Positions 1 to 9,595 are shown, numbered from the stretch's first letter. The stretch is 64,000 nucleotides of DNA from Kiritimatiellia bacterium (GCA_041673345.1 JBAYXX010000004.1:4607-68606), one strand, 5' to 3'. A program made the numbers and translations. The notes: generated by a model from the letters alone, not told the origin.

Positions 1-533
1 TTTTCAAGTAGTTCGGCTAGGAGCGCGCGGTTATTGACATGGATGAAATAAGCATCCTCTGGGAGGCCCATGTTCTGGAGGGCCATGACTGAGGCGGCGA
101 GAATTTCAATTTCGGCGGAGATGTTATCCTCGCCGATAATATCCATGTTCCACTGGTAGTGTTCGCGTTTGCGTCCGCGGGTCATGCGCTCATAGCGGAA
201 GCACTGGGCAGTTGTATACCATTTGACCGGAAAATTCAGCCGGCCCTGGCGGGCGGCAATCATGCGGGCCAGGGTGGGGGTCATCTCTGGGCGCAGTGCC
301 AGTTTGCGTCCGCTTTTATCTTCAAAGTGATAGATTTGATCAGCGACCTCCTCGCCGCTTTTACGCTGCAGGAGCTCGAGTGATTCAACCACACAGGCAT
401 CATAGGGCTGGAAGCCGTAGGCTGCTGAGGCTTTGCGCCATGCGTCAAAGACCCTATTGCGCAGGCGCATGTCTTCGGGGTAGAAATCGCGCATACCGCG
501 CGGGGGGGCGAAAGACGGGGGGGTGTTGCTCAT
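1..533 (-). CDS. hisS: Histidyl-tRNA synthetase, N-terminal part (gene runs off the left window edge)
   Basis: Manual minus-strand translation from the ATG at 533 gives MSNTPPSFAPPRGMRDFYPEDMRLRNRVFDAWRKASAAYGFQPYDACVVESLELL...LALRPEMTPTLARM...CFRYERMTRGRKREHYQWNMDIIG. The RGMRDF, LRPEMT and FRYER..GR.RE..Q motifs are typical of HisS. It is absent from the ORF track because the window truncates it. Confidence 0.85.
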   Translation of the reverse strand, partial: MSNTPPSFAPPRGMRDFYPEDMRLRNRVFDAWRKASAAYGFQPYDACVVESLELLQRKSGEEVADQIYHFEDKSGRKLALRPEMTPTLARMIAARQGRLNFPVKWYTTAQCFRYERMTRGRKREHYQWNMDIIGEDNISAEIEILAASVMALQNMGLPEDAYFIHVNNRALLAELLE

Positions 534-539
534 AGTTTT

Positions 540-618
540 TAGGGAGTTGGAGGGGTTAGGGGGCTAGGGGTTAGGGAGTTGAAGGGGTTAGGGGTTAGGG
601 AGTTGAGGGGGTTAGGTG
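540..618. repeat. G-rich imperfect tandem repeat (unit ~16-17 bp, TAGGGAGTTGARGGGGT, with embedded GGGGTTAGGG)
   Basis: Read directly: tagggagttggaggggt / tagggggctaggggt / tagggagttgaaggggt / taggggt / tagggagttgagggggt / taggtgg. It starts 7 nt upstream of the hisS ATG, on the opposite strand. Confidence 0.9.
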
Positions 619-651
619 GCAAAGTTAACGCTGGTGAACGGGGCTGGTGTG

Positions 652-714
652 GTAGTCGAGTAAGTCGAGGTAGTCGAGGTGGTCGAGTAAATCGAGATAA
701 CCGAGAGACTCGAA
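652..714. repeat. 9-bp tandem repeat (GTAGTCGAG-like), 7 units
   Basis: gtagtcgag taagtcgag gtagtcgag gtggtcgag taaatcgag ataaccgag agactcgaa, read directly. Confidence 0.9.
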
Positions 715-763
715 GTGCTAACGGATACAGTTAATTCACATGCGTATTAATGCGCTAACAATC

Positions 764-1111
764 TCACAGGGGTGTGGGCGGTGGATTATCCAGCATTTCG
801 CGCATGCGTTTGCCGGGTTTAAATTTAATGACCTGCCGATTGGGAATGCGCACCTCGTTCTCCGGTTTGTTGGGGTTACGGCCAATACGTCCCTTACGTT
901 CAACCTTCTCAAAAACACCAAAATCGCGGAACTCAATGTGTTTGTTCTCACCGAGCGCGTCGATAATGCCATCGAGGGTCAGTTGTAGAATAGCTTGAAT
1001 CTGTGGCAGTGACAAGCCTTCGTGGGCGATGGCTTTGTTGGCTGCGATATAGGCTACCAGCTCTTTTTTTGTCAGTGAGGTTCCAGGGCCGAATTTTGTC
1101 TTTTCAATCAT
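764..1111 (-). CDS. HU/IHF-family DNA-binding protein
   Basis: 115-aa ORF. LTKKELVAYIA...LDGIIDALGENKHIEFRDFGVFEKVERKGRIGRNPNKPENEVRIPNRQVIKFKPGK matches the HU/IHF fold signature (R.GRNP.T.E...I......v.FKpgk). Confidence 0.9.
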   Translation of the reverse strand: MIEKTKFGPGTSLTKKELVAYIAANKAIAHEGLSLPQIQAILQLTLDGIIDALGENKHIEFRDFGVFEKVERKGRIGRNPNKPENEVRIPNRQVIKFKPGKRMREMLDNPPPTPL

Positions 1112-1184
1112 GTCAATATCCTCTTTATTAGTGTGTCTTGGTTCTCTAACCGATTATTGAGAAGTTACGTTTTACGTGGCTTGT

Positions 1185-2903
1185 TTAAGGTTGGCACTGG
1201 GCGAACAGCTTGCTGGTCAGCTCTGTGATACAGTTGGTTGCACTCTCAACGCTTGTTGCGATTGTCTCCTGGGAGCCGCGTTGCTTGACCTCAATGGTGT
1301 TGCCCGCCAGGCCTCGGGCACCTACCACTACACGTACTGGGCAGCCGATCAGGTCAGCATCCTTAAACTTTACGCCAGGGCGTTCGGCGCGGTCATCAAT
1401 GAAAACATCGAGATGGTTGTTGACCAACTCTTGTTCCAGCTGCGCAACAACGTTGTTTGCATGATCGTTGGAGGGATCCAGATTCAGGATGGTCACAGCG
1501 AACGGAGCAACCGAGATGGGCCATACGATGCCGTCTTTATCGTTGCTTTGTTCGATTACAGCCTGCAAGGTACGGGTTACACCAATTCCATAACACCCCA
1601 TTACCATTTCCAGACTTTCGCCGTGATCATTCAGGTACTTGGCATCAAAAGACTCAGAGTATTTGGTGCCTAGTTTGAAGACGTGTCCAACCTCAATGCC
1701 GCGCTTCATTTGTAGTTTTTTCTGGCAGCGCGGACAGCAGTCCTCTGCCTGCACTATCACAAGGTCTTCATACGCAGTGATCTGTGCATCGCGCTTAAGA
1801 TCGACATTGCGGATATGAAGATCGTTTTTATTCGCACCGGCGGTAAGGTTGGTCGCATTTTCAAGAGCGATGTCCGCATAAATGCGGGTTGTGAGGCCAA
1901 CTGGTCCGGCAAAGCCGACCGTCGCGCCGGTGACAGCTTGAATAACAGAGTCATCCGCCATAGTCAATGTTTTTGCCCCTAGAATCCGTTTCAGTTTATG
2001 TTCATTGAGCTCTTGATCGCCAGGGATGAGTACCACAACCGGCTGCTCATCGGCCAGACAAATCAGGGTTTTAATAAACTCCGCGGGTTGGCATTTCAGG
2101 AAGGCGGCCAACTGGTCGATGGTTTTGATGGCGGGGGTGGGGATCTCTTCGATCGCCGGGCAGGAAGTGTGAGATTTTTTTGGTATAAAACGTTCGGCCT
2201 TCTCCTGGTTAGCAGCGTAGCCGCAGGCAGGGCAGTCAATGACCCCATCCTCACCGGAATCAGCGAGCACCATGAATTCGTGGGACCATTGGCCGCCGAT
2301 ATCACCTGTGTCGGCCTCGACTGGGCTGGCATTCAGACCGCAGCGTTTGAAGATACGCACATAGGCATCGTACATGGCTTTGTAGGAGGTGTCGGCCTGC
2401 TCCATGGTGGTGTCGAAGCTGTAGGCATCCTTCATAATAAACTCTTTGGCGCGCATCAGGCCGAAGCGTGGTCGGATCTCATCGCGGAACTTGGTCTGGA
2501 TCTGATAGACAGTGCAGGGCAGCTGGCGGTATGAGTTTATCTCAGCGGCGAGCAGTTCGGTGACAACCTCCTCATGGGTCGGGCCCAGGGTCATCAATCG
2601 TCCGGCGCGGTCTTTGAGCTTAAACATTCCGGGGCCCATGGTTTGAAGGCGGCCAGAGCGTTCCCAGATTTCGGCGGGCTGAAGGGCTGGCATCAGGATC
2701 TCCTGGGCTTCAGCACGGTTCATCTCTTCACGGACAATGGTGATGATTTTCTGCAGAGAGCGTAGTCCTAGAGGCATGAAGGTGTAGAGTCCACCTGAAA
2801 GTTTGCGCGCTAGTCCAGCGCGGATCAGCAGTTTATGACTGTTGATTTCAGCGTCCTGCGGGCTTTCCCGCAGGGTATTTAAAAGTGTTCGCGTCCAGCG
2901 CAT
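1185..2903 (-). CDS. proS: Prolyl-tRNA synthetase (bacterial type with insertion/editing domain)
   Basis: 572-aa ORF. The N-terminus MRWTRTLLNTLRESPQDAEINSHKLLIRAGLARKL, class II motifs (FRDE.RPRFGLMRAKEF) and its length fit bacterial ProS. Confidence 0.95.
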   Translation of the reverse strand: MRWTRTLLNTLRESPQDAEINSHKLLIRAGLARKLSGGLYTFMPLGLRSLQKIITIVREEMNRAEAQEILMPALQPAEIWERSGRLQTMGPGMFKLKDRAGRLMTLGPTHEEVVTELLAAEINSYRQLPCTVYQIQTKFRDEIRPRFGLMRAKEFIMKDAYSFDTTMEQADTSYKAMYDAYVRIFKRCGLNASPVEADTGDIGGQWSHEFMVLADSGEDGVIDCPACGYAANQEKAERFIPKKSHTSCPAIEEIPTPAIKTIDQLAAFLKCQPAEFIKTLICLADEQPVVVLIPGDQELNEHKLKRILGAKTLTMADDSVIQAVTGATVGFAGPVGLTTRIYADIALENATNLTAGANKNDLHIRNVDLKRDAQITAYEDLVIVQAEDCCPRCQKKLQMKRGIEVGHVFKLGTKYSESFDAKYLNDHGESLEMVMGCYGIGVTRTLQAVIEQSNDKDGIVWPISVAPFAVTILNLDPSNDHANNVVAQLEQELVNNHLDVFIDDRAERPGVKFKDADLIGCPVRVVVGARGLAGNTIEVKQRGSQETIATSVESATNCITELTSKLFAQCQP

Positions 2904-3066
2904 GTGGGTGGGGTCCTTCCTAACCTTAAACCTGATAAGAAATTAAGGTTCTATTTCAACGGAATTTTGCTTTTTAATCAAGAGAAAAATTCAAAATAAA
3001 AACACTTGCGTTAAAAGACAATAAAAGAGAGAATTAAGAGTTGCTAAAAGGCATATTAGGAGTGTA

Positions 3067-3939
3067 ATGAATTTGAGGGAAAAAGGGTTCACGTTAATTG
3101 AGTTACTGGTCGTCATAGCGATCATAGGCATGCTGTCAGCCGCGCTGGTTTTGACATTCTCAAAGGCGGGAAGCATGGCGCGGGACATGTCATGCAAGGC
3201 CAACCTGAAAAACTTAGGGCAGGCCGCGATGGCCTATTCTGTGCAGCATGGGCATTTTCCTGAAGCCTACTCCTATGAATCGGAGAGCATCGGAATGTTT
3301 CAAGGAAGGCTTTCCAGAGTGTTTAATGAGCGCAAGGGCTGGGTAAACTGGACTGGCGCTGGCAGATGGACGAACACAGATTCGCAGGGAGGCCTAATGG
3401 ATCCGCCTACGATTACAGGTAAGCTGGCCTATGAGTCGATTACCAATGGCACCTTGTGGGCTGACACTGGCAAGGATCTCTCCACCTATCTGTGTTCCGC
3501 CTATAAAAAGGCTGCTAATACCGCAGGAGAAAAGGATGTGTGGCGGTCGTATGTGATGAACCACCGGTTCCACTGGCATCATCGCGGCAACAACATCGGG
3601 CTGAATATGCATTGGATCAGTCGCTTTACGGTGAGCGGAAACAAGGATACTGACCGTAGCGCAGAGATGGTTTTAATGTTTGCGGAGCTGCCGGCGAGCA
3701 ATATCGACACCTCGGAGGCGGCTGCGGATGGCAAGCTTGATCCACATAATGACAATGAACATATTGGTTTTAATCACCAAGTTGGAAAGCGCAATGTCGC
3801 GCATGTTGTTTTTGCGGATGGACATGTGGGAGTGCTGATGGAGCCTGTCGGTGCCAGCGAGCCAGATCTGCTGGACCTTACCAAGGATCTCTGCGATGGT
3901 AAGGCTATTCGAAAAGAGGTGCTCCAGCGAATGCGGTAA
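3067..3939 (+). CDS. Prepilin-type N-terminal cleavage/methylation domain protein (type II secretion pseudopilin-like, DUF1559/H-X9-DG-like C-terminus)
   Basis: N-terminus MNLREKGFTLIELLVVIAIIGMLSAALV (a G|FTLIE prepilin peptidase site plus a hydrophobic helix). The C-terminus ...NHQVGKRNVAHVVFADGHVGVL resembles the H-X9-DG motif of the expanded PVC pseudopilin-like family, though here the spacing is longer. Confidence 0.85.
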   Translation: MNLREKGFTLIELLVVIAIIGMLSAALVLTFSKAGSMARDMSCKANLKNLGQAAMAYSVQHGHFPEAYSYESESIGMFQGRLSRVFNERKGWVNWTGAGRWTNTDSQGGLMDPPTITGKLAYESITNGTLWADTGKDLSTYLCSAYKKAANTAGEKDVWRSYVMNHRFHWHHRGNNIGLNMHWISRFTVSGNKDTDRSAEMVLMFAELPASNIDTSEAAADGKLDPHNDNEHIGFNHQVGKRNVAHVVFADGHVGVLMEPVGASEPDLLDLTKDLCDGKAIRKEVLQRMR

Positions 3940-4025
3940 GAGCATTTTGTTGGTATGTTTTATGCCTATAATAGAGTAGGTTAGTTTTGAAAAGGTGCTG
4001 GAATAAACACAGTGTGGGTTTTAAT

Positions 4026-7000
4026 ATGAGATTTTACGTTAATATTTTTTATTCGCTGGTGCTGACAGCGGTATTCAGCTTGAGCGCAGCCGCGCAGTAT
4101 ACGGTGCTGCCTCCTGAGCGTATTATGCAGTTTGACGACTATGACAGCCCGCAATGGACGCATACAGGTGAAGTTGCGCCACCCAAAGGTGGCCAGCTCT
4201 TGAAGTACGGGACATTTCACACTCAAACTAATGGATGGCGTATATCTGAGGCCAGAACTGGTTATGCAGGGGGTTACGGGGTAGTCGTACCGCCGAAGGT
4301 GCTAGCAAATTACGCATGTAATCTAAGGAATCGCGCAGGGGCATTTATTGAGTCTCCTCTCTATCAAGATGGTGTGGGAACGATCTATTTTGAGACAGTT
4401 AACTCATTCCCATACGCTCCTGTTTATTTGCATGTGTATATAACAACAAACATGTTTGATTATAGTGAGTGGAAAAGTGTTGAATTGGGAGCGGCAGAGG
4501 GCGGAAGCATCTCCAATGTGTGGCATGAGATTGATGTTCTGAGTCTGAACTATACCGCGCAAGGTCAGTTTAGACGATATGTCAACACTCAGAACTATCG
4601 AGGAAAAATCAAGGTGAAGTTAGTCAGAGAGCTAAATAACCCTGATTATACAAGTGCGGATTATGATTTCTTGGTTATTGACAACATTAGGATCTCGGCT
4701 CCACCGACTGATGTGGAGATCGTTAAAACAGAGGTGGTCAGCAATCCAGGTTATCCTAATGTTGGCGCTGACTTCACGGTGCGTTGTCATGTGAGCAACA
4801 CGGATATGTTTGTGCCGACAACGAACCGCACGGTGTCTCTGGTGCATCGCTGGCGTTATCTTACGCAGCAGGTGGATGCTTGGCAGACCAACCAGATGGA
4901 GCATATTGCAGGTACTGTTGATGCCAACGGTAACGATGTGATCTACGAGTGTACCATCTCCGCTCCAGACCAAACCGGCGATATTGAATACTACTATATC
5001 TGTGTTTTCGGGGGCTATGTGTATAAGTCGCTGGATTACACCGGCTTGCCCCACACTTACCCCTCGGAGAATCTCTCCCCGCAGGTGTTCCGTGGAAATG
5101 CCGCTGAAGAGGGGGAGTTCACGCTGCGTCTGCGCGAGTTTATCTCCGAATACGGCGCGGTCTATGTTGTCAGCGACCAGCATCCCAAGCCGATTAAGAT
5201 GGAGTTGGTGGGCGACCATGACTGGCGCGGCATGGTGCCGCTCACCAACAACGCGCCAATGAATCTGAGCTGGAGTCTGATGGCGACAGGGGAGTATTTG
5301 CAGGATGCCGAGAGCTATGAGACCAATCGCACCTACTGGAGCGCCGGCACCTCGGTGAGCGGTACAGCGCCTAACCTGCCCTATGGGGGGCTCTTGGTTG
5401 AGACCAATGCGAGTGGCCGCCTGACAGTAAAGATTGAGGACACTGGCTACATGATGGTTTCATTCAAAAGCGATACGAGAGAATTCCTGATCAGCCGTGC
5501 CCAGTATCAGAACTTTAATCTCTGGCCAGCGCGCGATGATTACTTTTCAGAGAGCAGCGGTCAGGCTGACAAACAGCAGTTTGAGAACACCTTTAATGAT
5601 TGGCCTTTGAGTCAGGATCGGGTTTTCTTTGAGCCCTTCACGGCGTATGTGTCAAACACAAATGTGTTTCAGCGTGATCCTTTTAAAACGCCGTCGGATT
5701 GGGCCGCCGGCAGTGCAGCCTATGTCTCAGAGCGGATACTGGACTTAAATCACGGTCCAGCGGGCATTAACAACTACCGCAACCTGGCACTGCGTCTCAA
5801 AGGCGGCGACCCAGTGCTTGGCTTGGGGTATGTTCATAACATGCGAGCCACCCTGCCGGATGGGGTGAAGCAGATTAAATTCAAGGCGCGGGTGGGCCAG
5901 AAATCTGACAATACTCAGATTTGCTGGCACCGTGATTATTTTACAAAAAACAACTATGTGGTTAAAGTTATTGCTGGAGCTGGGGAAAAATCTCCGGAAA
6001 ACCCGTCGATATCTGTGATTTTTTACTACCAGGACCCCCAGAACTTCTATGAGTTCCGTGTGGTGCAGCGAGCTAATTCGGCAGATCGGCGCGGCAGTGT
6101 CAATGACAGGCGGGCAGACCTCATTCTTTATAAGTGGATTAACGGGGTGGCGTATGACTTGAAAAGATCGAGCCCAACCTCCAACATTGATTTAAGCTCT
6201 GCGATTGATGTTCAGGTTGGAGTTTATAATAAGAGTGCAACCGAGACTTATTTGAAATGCAAGTATGGTCTTCCAGCCTCTGCTATAACCTTGGATTACA
6301 CTGATTCAAGCGCCCCCTTCGTGAAGGGGACATTTGGCGTGCTTTCATCAGAGTGCTTCTCTGGTTTTTCGAAGATGAGCCTGGAAAACTCCAATGCCGC
6401 GGGCGATCCAGTCACACCTAAGATTGATGTGATCGGGCCCACTCATACTGAAATGACACCAGCGCAGATGAGCGGTTGGTTTGTTCCCGCAGGAGCATTC
6501 GAGTTCAATCTGGCTGTCTCCCGTCCCGGTATTTACAAGGTGAAACCGAATCAGAAGCTGGATGTGTATCTGCAGGAGACAGACTATGACATTAATTCGA
6601 CTGTGGAACCCTCCGCTTCGGGAACCTCAGCGTGGAAGAAGCTGACTCAAATCAGCGTGAATAGTTATGAATATGCCGATGTGTCGCTGGATATTAAGAG
6701 ATGGAAGGCGCATTTTGTGATGCTGCAGGTGGGCGCGGATGGTAGCGATGTGGCCGTGGATGAGCTGGAAATCCGCTCGTGGCATGGTCAGGAGATCGGT
6801 GAAGGAGCTAGCAAGAATAAGGAGTGGCTGGCCTCGGAGGCTTGGATTGTCTCCAATGGTGTTGGTGCCGCCGCCAATCAGGTGATGCACCTGGATCATA
6901 TTCGGGCTAACCCTGCTGAGGATCAGGCGGTTCAGTCGCCTTTGATGCAAAACGGTATGGGATTGATGGAGTTTGATTATCGCGTACTGCAGGCACCCGC

Positions 7001-9572
7001 CAAGTTGACTGTGCAATATAAGGAGCAGCGTGGGGGGGACTGGGTTGATGTGAGCAGCATTACAGTCACTAATGTGACTGAATGGGCACATTTGACCGCC
7101 TATCTGGGATCGTTTGAAGCCGGCAGGCTTAGAGTGCTGAACCAGCGCACAGCCACAATCACCAATGCAATGGTGGAGATCAACAATGTAATTGTCTGGG
7201 ATGAGCCTTTTGTGGATGACAAATCCTGGACTGCTTACAACACCATGATTACCTCGGCTGATCCAATGCGTCTGCTGCTGGATAAGAGCAAGGGGTGTTT
7301 CCTGAACAACAGCGAGACCGCAGGTGCCAACCCTTCGCCCATGGACAGGGATGTTCCGTATCTTAGGAGCCCCGCGCTAGTCACAGGTCTGGGAACGCTG
7401 ACCTTCAAGGCGCGGGCCTATGACCCAGGTCAACCGGGGACTCTTTATGTTTACGCCTCAACCAATGGATGGAATCTGGCACGTGAGTTTTGGGTTTTGG
7501 TCTACCAAGTTGACAACATTGATCATAAATATTACCAGACATACAGCTTCAAGCCGATTGAAGGGGCCAAATATGATGCGATCCGTTTAGAGACAGAGAT
7601 TGGACCGAGCGTGAAACGAGTCTGCGTTGAGGAGGTTCTTATCGCAGAGCCTGTGCATCCAGGGTTTGATATTGTCAATGTCCAGTTACGGTTGATTGAT
7701 AGTGAAGGGGGGCTGGGTCCTCGCCACCAGCCATTGGCTTTCGAGGATGTGCATGTTGAGGCCATGGTTGCTAATCAGCAGCTTTCACCCTCCAATATAG
7801 TCCTGTACGTGAGTTATTATGTCGGCGATGATGTCTGGGGCGTTGACAACTGGCCGGCAGAGGATGTTGTCACCAAGCGGATGCACCCGGTGGCAGGTGA
7901 GGCGAATCTCTATCGAACCAGAGATGACGATGGCGGTGTGCCAGGGCTCTCACAAAGCCTGATTGGCGGCATTGTGGGACAAACTGAGAGCGTGGTCGTG
8001 CAGTACCGTGTCTGGGCCAGCTACATGGGAGGCATTCCGCTCTTTAAGTATCAGAAGAGGGAGGCGTTTCAAACCCCTGCCTGGTATTATCCAATTGATC
8101 TCAATGTGCAGCGCAGTGCTGAGGGCTGGTCTCCCTACTACATGGTTTACGGGGTTCCTGAGCAGTCGGTCTGGGTGAATGAAATTAACGTGGGTGATGT
8201 CAGGTATGACGCAAACTACAACCAGATTCACGGTATCTGGGAGTGGGCGTATATTGAGATAGCAGTGCCGGCCTGGCTTGATCTTGGAGGCTGGAAAGTA
8301 GATTTGGTCACTCAGAACAGCTACACAACACATACCATCCAGATTCCACAGGGGCTGCCAGACCATACGTTAGTCACCAATGGCTACGCCTTCTTTGTGA
8401 TATCAGAGTCCAAGCGGCCGAGCGCGCAGACACCTATGTTACCTAAGTCAGACTTTGGTTATGCCGGGCTGGGTGCCGCCTTGCCGAGGAATGTTCCGGG
8501 TGGGATACGGTTGCGCAGGCCGGAGGGGATGTATGAGCAGGCGATCGCCTTTGATGATGCGAAGTACAATGGTTATGGAAGCAGTTATAGCGGTCGGTCC
8601 TGGGCTGAAAATGATCCGGAAGGGAAATTCGTGTATGTGGGCGCGGAGCAGAGAGAGGGATCGCTTTCTCGAATAGGCGATGGCGATTCCACTAATACTT
8701 GGGTCTATCCGCTCTTCCCGCAATGGACTCCTGAACATGCGGATTTTGCCAAGAACTATACCCCGGGAATGCCCAACGGCTTACAGCCGTTGCCAAACGG
8801 TGATGCACTCTTCCCGGGGACCTCCAACGCACTGATCAACTCAAGCGTCACGCAGTTGAAGGGAACTCAGAACGGACGCCGAGTCTTAAATTACTCCTTG
8901 CGTTTGCCCATTGGGACAACGACTAACATTGTTTATGATATTGATGATTGGTATCGCCTGGTCTCGCTCAAATCAAATAATGTGGAGCAGTTGCCGCCTG
9001 CGAGTGCCCTCACGAATTACAAATATGATGTGGTGCAGATTCAGGGTGGCACGACTCTGACAGCGAAGATCAACCTGCGCGAGGACTTACTGGAATATCA
9101 GAATGACTATGAAGTGTTGAACTGGGTCTTGGGCTTTACCGAAGGCCCGTTGATTCCAATGTTTTATAACGGCAGGAATCTGACGCTTAAGGAGCAACAC
9201 TGGCTGGATGCGAATCCAACGGCCTCCAACGAGTTCCGTTGTGTGATCAGAGATTTTTCGCTGGACGCCGCGACAAACCTGTACGTCCGCCTGGAGATGA
9301 AGTTGAACGAGGCTAATCTGGAAGAAATTCAAGGGGGAGCTGTTCTCAAACTGCAGTCAAAAAAGAATCTCACTGATAATAAGTGGGATATGCTTGCCCA
9401 GTTTTATCTGACACCTGCTTCATTTGATAGCAATAATGAGTGCCGTGTGTATGTCAAAAACCCATTCGGATACATTGTGACTGAATATGATCAGGGCAGG
9501 CTTTTCCTGCGCTGGGTGATTGAGATGGATGACCCCCGTGTGATAATTCAAAAGCTGGAAAATACGCCTTAA
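4026..9572 (+). CDS. Giant secreted protein (~1848 aa) with repeated beta-sandwich-like modules and a lamin-tail-domain-like segment; function unknown
   Basis: One uninterrupted ORF. I chose the internal ATG at 4026 because it yields a signal peptide MRFYVNIFYSLVLTAVFSLSAAAQ. The track start at 3987 is a TTG with no signal peptide. See findings for the module signatures. Confidence 0.8.
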   Translation: MRFYVNIFYSLVLTAVFSLSAAAQYTVLPPERIMQFDDYDSPQWTHTGEVAPPKGGQLLKYGTFHTQTNGWRISEARTGYAGGYGVVVPPKVLANYACNLRNRAGAFIESPLYQDGVGTIYFETVNSFPYAPVYLHVYITTNMFDYSEWKSVELGAAEGGSISNVWHEIDVLSLNYTAQGQFRRYVNTQNYRGKIKVKLVRELNNPDYTSADYDFLVIDNIRISAPPTDVEIVKTEVVSNPGYPNVGADFTVRCHVSNTDMFVPTTNRTVSLVHRWRYLTQQVDAWQTNQMEHIAGTVDANGNDVIYECTISAPDQTGDIEYYYICVFGGYVYKSLDYTGLPHTYPSENLSPQVFRGNAAEEGEFTLRLREFISEYGAVYVVSDQHPKPIKMELVGDHDWRGMVPLTNNAPMNLSWSLMATGEYLQDAESYETNRTYWSAGTSVSGTAPNLPYGGLLVETNASGRLTVKIEDTGYMMVSFKSDTREFLISRAQYQNFNLWPARDDYFSESSGQADKQQFENTFNDWPLSQDRVFFEPFTAYVSNTNVFQRDPFKTPSDWAAGSAAYVSERILDLNHGPAGINNYRNLALRLKGGDPVLGLGYVHNMRATLPDGVKQIKFKARVGQKSDNTQICWHRDYFTKNNYVVKVIAGAGEKSPENPSISVIFYYQDPQNFYEFRVVQRANSADRRGSVNDRRADLILYKWINGVAYDLKRSSPTSNIDLSSAIDVQVGVYNKSATETYLKCKYGLPASAITLDYTDSSAPFVKGTFGVLSSECFSGFSKMSLENSNAAGDPVTPKIDVIGPTHTEMTPAQMSGWFVPAGAFEFNLAVSRPGIYKVKPNQKLDVYLQETDYDINSTVEPSASGTSAWKKLTQISVNSYEYADVSLDIKRWKAHFVMLQVGADGSDVAVDELEIRSWHGQEIGEGASKNKEWLASEAWIVSNGVGAAANQVMHLDHIRANPAEDQAVQSPLMQNGMGLMEFDYRVLQAPAKLTVQYKEQRGGDWVDVSSITVTNVTEWAHLTAYLGSFEAGRLRVLNQRTATITNAMVEINNVIVWDEPFVDDKSWTAYNTMITSADPMRLLLDKSKGCFLNNSETAGANPSPMDRDVPYLRSPALVTGLGTLTFKARAYDPGQPGTLYVYASTNGWNLAREFWVLVYQVDNIDHKYYQTYSFKPIEGAKYDAIRLETEIGPSVKRVCVEEVLIAEPVHPGFDIVNVQLRLIDSEGGLGPRHQPLAFEDVHVEAMVANQQLSPSNIVLYVSYYVGDDVWGVDNWPAEDVVTKRMHPVAGEANLYRTRDDDGGVPGLSQSLIGGIVGQTESVVVQYRVWASYMGGIPLFKYQKREAFQTPAWYYPIDLNVQRSAEGWSPYYMVYGVPEQSVWVNEINVGDVRYDANYNQIHGIWEWAYIEIAVPAWLDLGGWKVDLVTQNSYTTHTIQIPQGLPDHTLVTNGYAFFVISESKRPSAQTPMLPKSDFGYAGLGAALPRNVPGGIRLRRPEGMYEQAIAFDDAKYNGYGSSYSGRSWAENDPEGKFVYVGAEQREGSLSRIGDGDSTNTWVYPLFPQWTPEHADFAKNYTPGMPNGLQPLPNGDALFPGTSNALINSSVTQLKGTQNGRRVLNYSLRLPIGTTTNIVYDIDDWYRLVSLKSNNVEQLPPASALTNYKYDVVQIQGGTTLTAKINLREDLLEYQNDYEVLNWVLGFTEGPLIPMFYNGRNLTLKEQHWLDANPTASNEFRCVIRDFSLDAATNLYVRLEMKLNEANLEEIQGGAVLKLQSKKNLTDNKWDMLAQFYLTPASFDSNNECRVYVKNPFGYIVTEYDQGRLFLRWVIEMDDPRVIIQKLENTP

Positions 9573-9595
9573 AAATGAGGCACTTCATAATGCGC

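Noticed and set aside
540-618. TTAGGG-containing G-rich repeat resembling a eukaryotic or linear-replicon telomere
   Set aside because: It is internal to a gene-dense bacterial segment, between ihf and hisS. The units are 16-17 bp imperfect repeats rather than a pure hexamer, and there is no evidence of a replicon end.
3987-4025. Upstream alternative starts proposed by the ORF track (3987, 13232, 14430, 22972, 27790, 28328, 30102, 42376, 44006, 45285, 53495, 57260, 59782, 63969)
   Set aside because: In each case an internal ATG gives a proper signal peptide, a conserved N-terminus or an RBS. The extension is non-homologous, often starts at TTG/GTG, and overlaps the upstream gene or a repeat.
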